24,000 nucleotides of DNA from Halorhodospira halophila (GTDB lineage: Bacteria > Pseudomonadota > Gammaproteobacteria > Nitrococcales > Halorhodospiraceae), in contig NZ_NHSN01000018.1 in NCBI RefSeq assembly GCF_016653405.1, positions 12,524 through 36,523 on the forward strand. Reading direction: 5' to 3'. Numbering within the stretch: position 1 is the stretch's first letter; each line of letters opens with the position of its first letter. A program made the position numbers and the translations under genes. The notes beneath the pieces were generated by a model. It did not search any database. It was not told the DNA's origin and worked only from the letters and a program-made list of their open reading frames with translations. This document shows positions 14,633-18,480 of this stretch, piece by piece.

Positions 14633-15025
14633 ATGGGCACACTCCTGTTCGGTCGCGCAGACTTGGAGAACCGGCTGGCGGCCATGACGCCGGAGGAGAT
14701 CGACGAGCTTCCCTTCGGCGTCATCCAGATCGACGACAACGGATGCATCCTCCTCTACAACGCCACCGAGGGGGCCATCACCGGTCGGGATCCGGCGGAG
14801 ATGATCGGTCGCGATTTCTTCAACGAGGTCGCCCCATGCGGTCATACGGAGACCTTCTACGGTCGTTTCCGGGAGGGCGTCCGGAGCGGCGATCTCAACG
14901 AGATCTTCGACTACACCTTCGACTACCGGATGGCGCCGACGAAGGTCCGGGTGCACATGAAACGGGCCCTGAGCGGGGACAGCTACTGGATCTTCGTCAA
15001 GCGGATCAGTGCCCCGGCCGCCTGA
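14633..15025 (+). CDS. pyp: photoactive yellow protein (PYP, xanthopsin blue-light photoreceptor)
   Basis: The 130-aa product aligns without gaps to the Halorhodospira halophila PYP sequence as I remember it. Conserved residues include Y42, E46, T50, R52, C69 (TGC 14837-14839), F96, D97, Y98, M100 and the C-terminal [12 protein letters not shown]. The SD AAGGAGGG (14617-14624) overlaps the asmA stop. Confidence 0.95.
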   Translation: MGTLLFGRADLENRLAAMTPEEIDELPFGVIQIDDNGCILLYNATEGAITGRDPAEMIGRDFFNEVAPCGHTETFYGRFREGVRSGDLNEIFDYTFDYRMAPTKVRVHMKRALSGDSYWIFVKRISAPAA

Positions 15026-15060
15026 TGGAAGGGGCCCGTCGGCCGCCTGCACCCCCGGAT

Positions 15061-15085
15061 CCCGCTGGCGTGGCGCGCAGCCGGG
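15061..15085 (+). terminator. imperfect GC hairpin downstream of pyp
   Basis: CCCGCTGGCG-tgg-CGCgCAGcCGGG (10 bp with two bulges) sits 36 nt after the pyp stop, with no U-tract. It could be a terminator or attenuator, or nothing. Confidence 0.3.
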
Positions 15086-15150
15086 TGGCTCGGGGATAAT
15101 GGGGACCCGCCCAAGCCCACCGGGCGCATGCCCAAGCCAGAGGGAGCCGC

Positions 15151-15396
15151 ATGAGCGAAGACACCCCCAGACTCAACACCGACCTTGCCAGACAGGTTCA
15201 GGCCCTGGGCCTGGAGGCCGTCGACGCCCAGGACGACGAGCCAATGGCCACGGTGGAAGCCCTCATGCTCGGGACGCTTTCCTTCGCCCGCAACTACATG
15301 AGCGGTGCGGACCTGGCCGACTATCTCCGCTTCGTCGCCGAGCACGTCGAGCGGGCCGACGACGACCTGGAAGACGAACCGGGCGAAGAACCGTGA
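15151..15396 (+). CDS. hypothetical small acidic protein (81 aa)
   Basis: ATG 15151 has an AGAGGGAG SD at 15139-15146. Codons are GC3-rich. The product is very acidic, with a DDDLEDEPGEEP tail, and matches no family I recognise. Confidence 0.6.
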   Translation: MSEDTPRLNTDLARQVQALGLEAVDAQDDEPMATVEALMLGTLSFARNYMSGADLADYLRFVAEHVERADDDLEDEPGEEP

Positions 15397-15403
15397 TCGC
15401 ACC

Positions 15404-15433
15404 GGCCCCCGGGCGGTAGGTAGCCCCGGGGCC
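15404..15433. terminator. GC hairpin between convergent genes
   Basis: GGCCCC(c)GGG...CCC-GGGGCC lies between the acidic ORF stop (15396) and the thioredoxin-fold gene stop (15445). Confidence 0.35.
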
Positions 15434-15444
15434 GACCTCGCGAC

Positions 15445-15930
15445 CTACTCGGCGGCCATGCGCTCGAGGGCATCGAGGGCCTGCTGCTCGCCCCCGACAA
15501 AGAACCGCACCTCGCCATCGGTGCCCCGGTAGAAGACCGTGGGTACGCTACGCACGCCCAGCTCTTGGGCCAGACGCATGTTGGCCTGGACGGCGTCGTA
15601 GCCGTCCACATCCTTCTCGTCCTCGATCATCGCCGCTGCATCTGCCTGCGCGCCCGAGCCGAGGAACCCGACCGGTACCCAGCGCCACTCCACGCTGGGC
15701 GTGGCATCGTTATCCACGGCGTTCTTCAGGTTGGTGCAGGCCGGGCAGTGCGGATCCTTGAAGGCGTAGACGCGGAAGTCGCTCTCGCCCTGCGCGATGT
15801 AGTGGCTATCGGCAAGGCGATCGAAGACGTCCGCCCGGGCGGACTCCCCCGGCGTGCCGTCAGAGCAGCCCACCATCAAAACCGCACCGCCCACGAGTCC
15901 CAAAACCGCCTGACGCATTACTCGACTCAT
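15445..15930 (-). CDS. thioredoxin-fold thiol:disulfide oxidoreductase lipoprotein (DsbC/DsbG/DsbA-like)
   Basis: ATG 15930 has a GAGGGAG SD 6 nt upstream. A lipobox LMVGC is followed by the redox motif CPAC (FKDPHCPACTNL) and a cis-Pro region (RSVPTVFY). Confidence 0.8.
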   Translation of the reverse strand: MSRVMRQAVLGLVGGAVLMVGCSDGTPGESARADVFDRLADSHYIAQGESDFRVYAFKDPHCPACTNLKNAVDNDATPSVEWRWVPVGFLGSGAQADAAAMIEDEKDVDGYDAVQANMRLAQELGVRSVPTVFYRGTDGEVRFFVGGEQQALDALERMAAE

Positions 15931-15968
15931 CGATCACTCCCTCATCCATCCACCTGCGTAATGAGCCA

Positions 15969-15997
15969 CCCGGGCGCGCCGCTGCGGCGCGCCCGGG
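15969..15997 (-). terminator. 29-nt perfect palindrome (14-bp arms) after the Sel1-repeat gene
   Basis: CCCGGGCGCGCCGC-t-GCGGCGCGCCCGGG sits 10 nt downstream of the Sel1 gene stop (16007) and 39 nt upstream of the next gene's ATG. It could be a terminator or an intercistronic stabiliser. Confidence 0.5.
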
Positions 15998-16006
15998 CAC
16001 CCCGCC

Positions 16007-16390
16007 TCAGTGCTCCACCCCGGGCAGCACGGCGTTGAGCAGGTGCGCCGCGCGCTCGTGGCCGGCCTCGGCCGCCTGCTCCCAAAGCTCGGCGGTGCGT
16101 TCCATGTCCGGCTCCGTCGTATGCCCCTCCAGGTACATCCAGCCTAGCTGAACCTTGGCCTCGGCATCTCCGGCGTCAGCCAGATCCCGGAAGGCCTCGT
16201 AGGCACCTTCCAGCTTCCCCTGCTCGTGGAGTTCGAAGGCCTCGTTCAGGGCCTGATCCGCTTCGCTCAGCTCCTCGTCCTGGCCGGACGCCGCTCCCGG
16301 CTCCGTGGCCTGGGCACCGCCGCCCCAGCCGGTGACCGCCAGCACGAGCACCACAGCGAGCCAGTACGGTCTGTTGCGTTGTGGCCGCAT
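16007..16390 (-). CDS. secreted Sel1-like/TPR repeat protein
   Basis: I re-set the start to ATG 16390 (GGAGGAG SD 5 nt upstream; MRPQRNRPYWLAVVLVLAV signal). A Sel1-type repeat is present: GDAEAKVQLGWMYLEGHTTEPDMERTAELWEQAAEAGHERAAHLL. Confidence 0.8.
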   Translation of the reverse strand: MRPQRNRPYWLAVVLVLAVTGWGGGAQATEPGAASGQDEELSEADQALNEAFELHEQGKLEGAYEAFRDLADAGDAEAKVQLGWMYLEGHTTEPDMERTAELWEQAAEAGHERAAHLLNAVLPGVEH

Positions 16391-16567
16391 GGATCTCCTC
16401 CGAAACGTCATCTGGGTCGGCGCAGCGTAACGCAGGATCGCCCCGCTGTCGCACCGCGACGATGCGCTCGGCCACGGAAAGGTGCATTCGCTCTATCATT
16501 GACCGGTTAACATCGATCGATAGCCATTGATCCTCGCAACCCGGCAAGGAAACCCCGCGCGGCAAAC

Positions 16568-16879
16568 ATGGTGAACCTCCCCCCGCAGCACATTCTCCGA
16601 GCCCTCGGCGAGGGTGTAATGGGCGTCGACCGCCAGGGACGCTTCACCTTTCTCAACCCGGCCGCCCTGCGACTGCTCGGGTTCCGCGACGAAGCCAGCG
16701 TGATTGGCGAATCGGCCCATGCGCTGACCCACCACAGCCACCCCGATGGGCGCCCTTACCCAGAAGAGCATTGCCCCATCTACCGGGTCATCGAGACTGG
16801 CGAGGCCCTCGAGGCCTGGCAGGACCTGTTCTGGCGTAGCGACGGTACCGGCCTTCCCGTCCAGGGATCCACGCCCGGG
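16568..16879 (+). pseudogene. N-terminal PAS domain segment of the downstream hybrid kinase, separated from it by an apparent frameshift
   Basis: From ATG 16568, the sequence ILRALGEGVMGVDRQGRFTFLNPAALRLLGF...CPIYRVIETGEA...LFWRSDGTGLPVQGSTP is a PAS fold lacking its last strand. After about 16877 this frame becomes Arg/Ser/Pro-rich nonsense. The missing strand and linker (..VLGIHTDISELKAAE) appear in the frame of the ORF at 16888. Confidence 0.6.
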
Positions 16880-16887
16880 GCCAGGTC

Positions 16888-18480
16888 GTGGCGCGGGATG
16901 CCGAGGGATTCCCCCGGCAGGTGCTGGGCATCCACACGGACATCAGTGAACTCAAGGCAGCCGAGCAGTCACCCCGTGATCAACGCTACCGACGGTTCCT
17001 GGAGGACTTCATCGGGATTGCCTACCAGAGGCGACTCGGTGAACCGGCCCCGGTCCTGCTGCGCGGCATGGTCGCTGAGATCACCGGCTACAACCAGGCG
17101 GATTTCATGGGCGGCCACTGCGACTGGACCTCCTTGATCCACCCCGAGGACCGCGAGCGGGTCCGGCAGCGGATCAGGGTGCTGATTGCCGAGGGCGGCA
17201 CCTCGGACCTGAACTACCGCATCGTACACCGCGATGGCTCGGTGCGCTGGGTGCGCGATATCGGCCGTCTGGTGCGACTCAACAGCCAGGAAGACTGGGT
17301 CCTGCAGGGCGCGATCTACGACATCACCGAACAGAAGGAGGCGGAACGCGCCCGGGATACCTTCCTGGCTGCCGTCAGCCACGATCTGCGCACCCCCCTG
17401 AACACCATCGCCGGCTTCTGCGGGCTGCTGGCCGATACGCCACTCACCCCCCGGCAGGAGGAGTACCTCGGCTACTGCCGGAACGCGGCGGGGCAGCTGG
17501 AAGGGCTAATCGACACGCTGTTGGAGCTGTCCCGGCTGCACGCTGGCGGGCTGCGGCTTCAACCTCGGACGCTACGGCTGCGCCAATTCCTCCATGAGCA
17601 GCTAGCCCCCCTGGAGCATCAGGCCCGAAACCAAGGGCTCACCCTGCACTGGCACCCGGATGAGCGCCTCCCGGGGATCGTCCGCGGCGATCCGACCCGG
17701 CTGGCTCAGGTCCTGAATAACCTCGTGGGCAACGCCATCAAGTTCACCGAGCGCGGGTCGGTGGCGGTCTACGTGACTCCCGAAGGCGACGAGCGCATCA
17801 GTTTCCGCGTCAGCGATACCGGCCCCGGGATCCCGGAAGCCCTCCGGGCCTCCGTCTTCGAGCCATTCGCCCGCGGTGACCCAGCGCTGCACCGCGCCCC
17901 GGGGAGCGGGCTGGGGCTGGCTATCTGCAAGGAACTCGTTGCCCTGATGGGTGGTCGGATCGAGGTAACGAGCACCGAGGGATGCGGCACCACCTTCTCC
18001 TTCACCGTGTCGCTACCCACCTGCGAGGCAACGGATGCACCGACGGAGGCCGACACCGGCGTTCACGCGCCGCGGCGTCCGATCCCGGGCAACACACCAC
18101 CGCAGGCCGTGGTGGCCGAAGACGAGCCAACCAGCGCCCTATTGCTCAGCAAGCTGTTGCAGCGCGCCGGCTGGGAGGTCACCACGGTCTCTGACGGCGA
18201 GGAGGCGATAGCCGCGTGGCAGCAGGCACAACCGGACCTGATGATCCTGGACATGCAGATGTCACACACCAACGGCGACCGGGCCGCAACGCGGATTCGG
18301 GAACTCGAACGGAGGCATCGGGTTCCGTATACACCCATTGTGATACTCACCGCCCACGCCCTGGACGACGTCCGCGAGCGCGCCCTGCAGGCCGGGTGTG
18401 ACCGCTACCTGACCAAGCCGGTGGCGACGGACGCCCTGCACGCCGTACTGGACTGGGCCCGGGGTCAGAGTTCGGGATGA
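16888..18480 (+). CDS. hybrid sensor histidine kinase/response regulator (PAS-HisKA-HATPase-REC)
   Basis: Domains present: a PAS domain (MVAEITGYNQADF...YRIVHRDGSVRWVRDIG...IYDITEQKEAE), H-box FLAAVSHDLRTPLN, N/G boxes (NLVGNAIKFT, DTGPGI, GSGLGLAICK), and a REC domain with D..DMQM..T..K(P). The track start is GTG 16888. The gene probably originally began at 16568 (see the frameshift finding). Confidence 0.8.
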   Translation: MARDAEGFPRQVLGIHTDISELKAAEQSPRDQRYRRFLEDFIGIAYQRRLGEPAPVLLRGMVAEITGYNQADFMGGHCDWTSLIHPEDRERVRQRIRVLIAEGGTSDLNYRIVHRDGSVRWVRDIGRLVRLNSQEDWVLQGAIYDITEQKEAERARDTFLAAVSHDLRTPLNTIAGFCGLLADTPLTPRQEEYLGYCRNAAGQLEGLIDTLLELSRLHAGGLRLQPRTLRLRQFLHEQLAPLEHQARNQGLTLHWHPDERLPGIVRGDPTRLAQVLNNLVGNAIKFTERGSVAVYVTPEGDERISFRVSDTGPGIPEALRASVFEPFARGDPALHRAPGSGLGLAICKELVALMGGRIEVTSTEGCGTTFSFTVSLPTCEATDAPTEADTGVHAPRRPIPGNTPPQAVVAEDEPTSALLLSKLLQRAGWEVTTVSDGEEAIAAWQQAQPDLMILDMQMSHTNGDRAATRIRELERRHRVPYTPIVILTAHALDDVRERALQAGCDRYLTKPVATDALHAVLDWARGQSSG

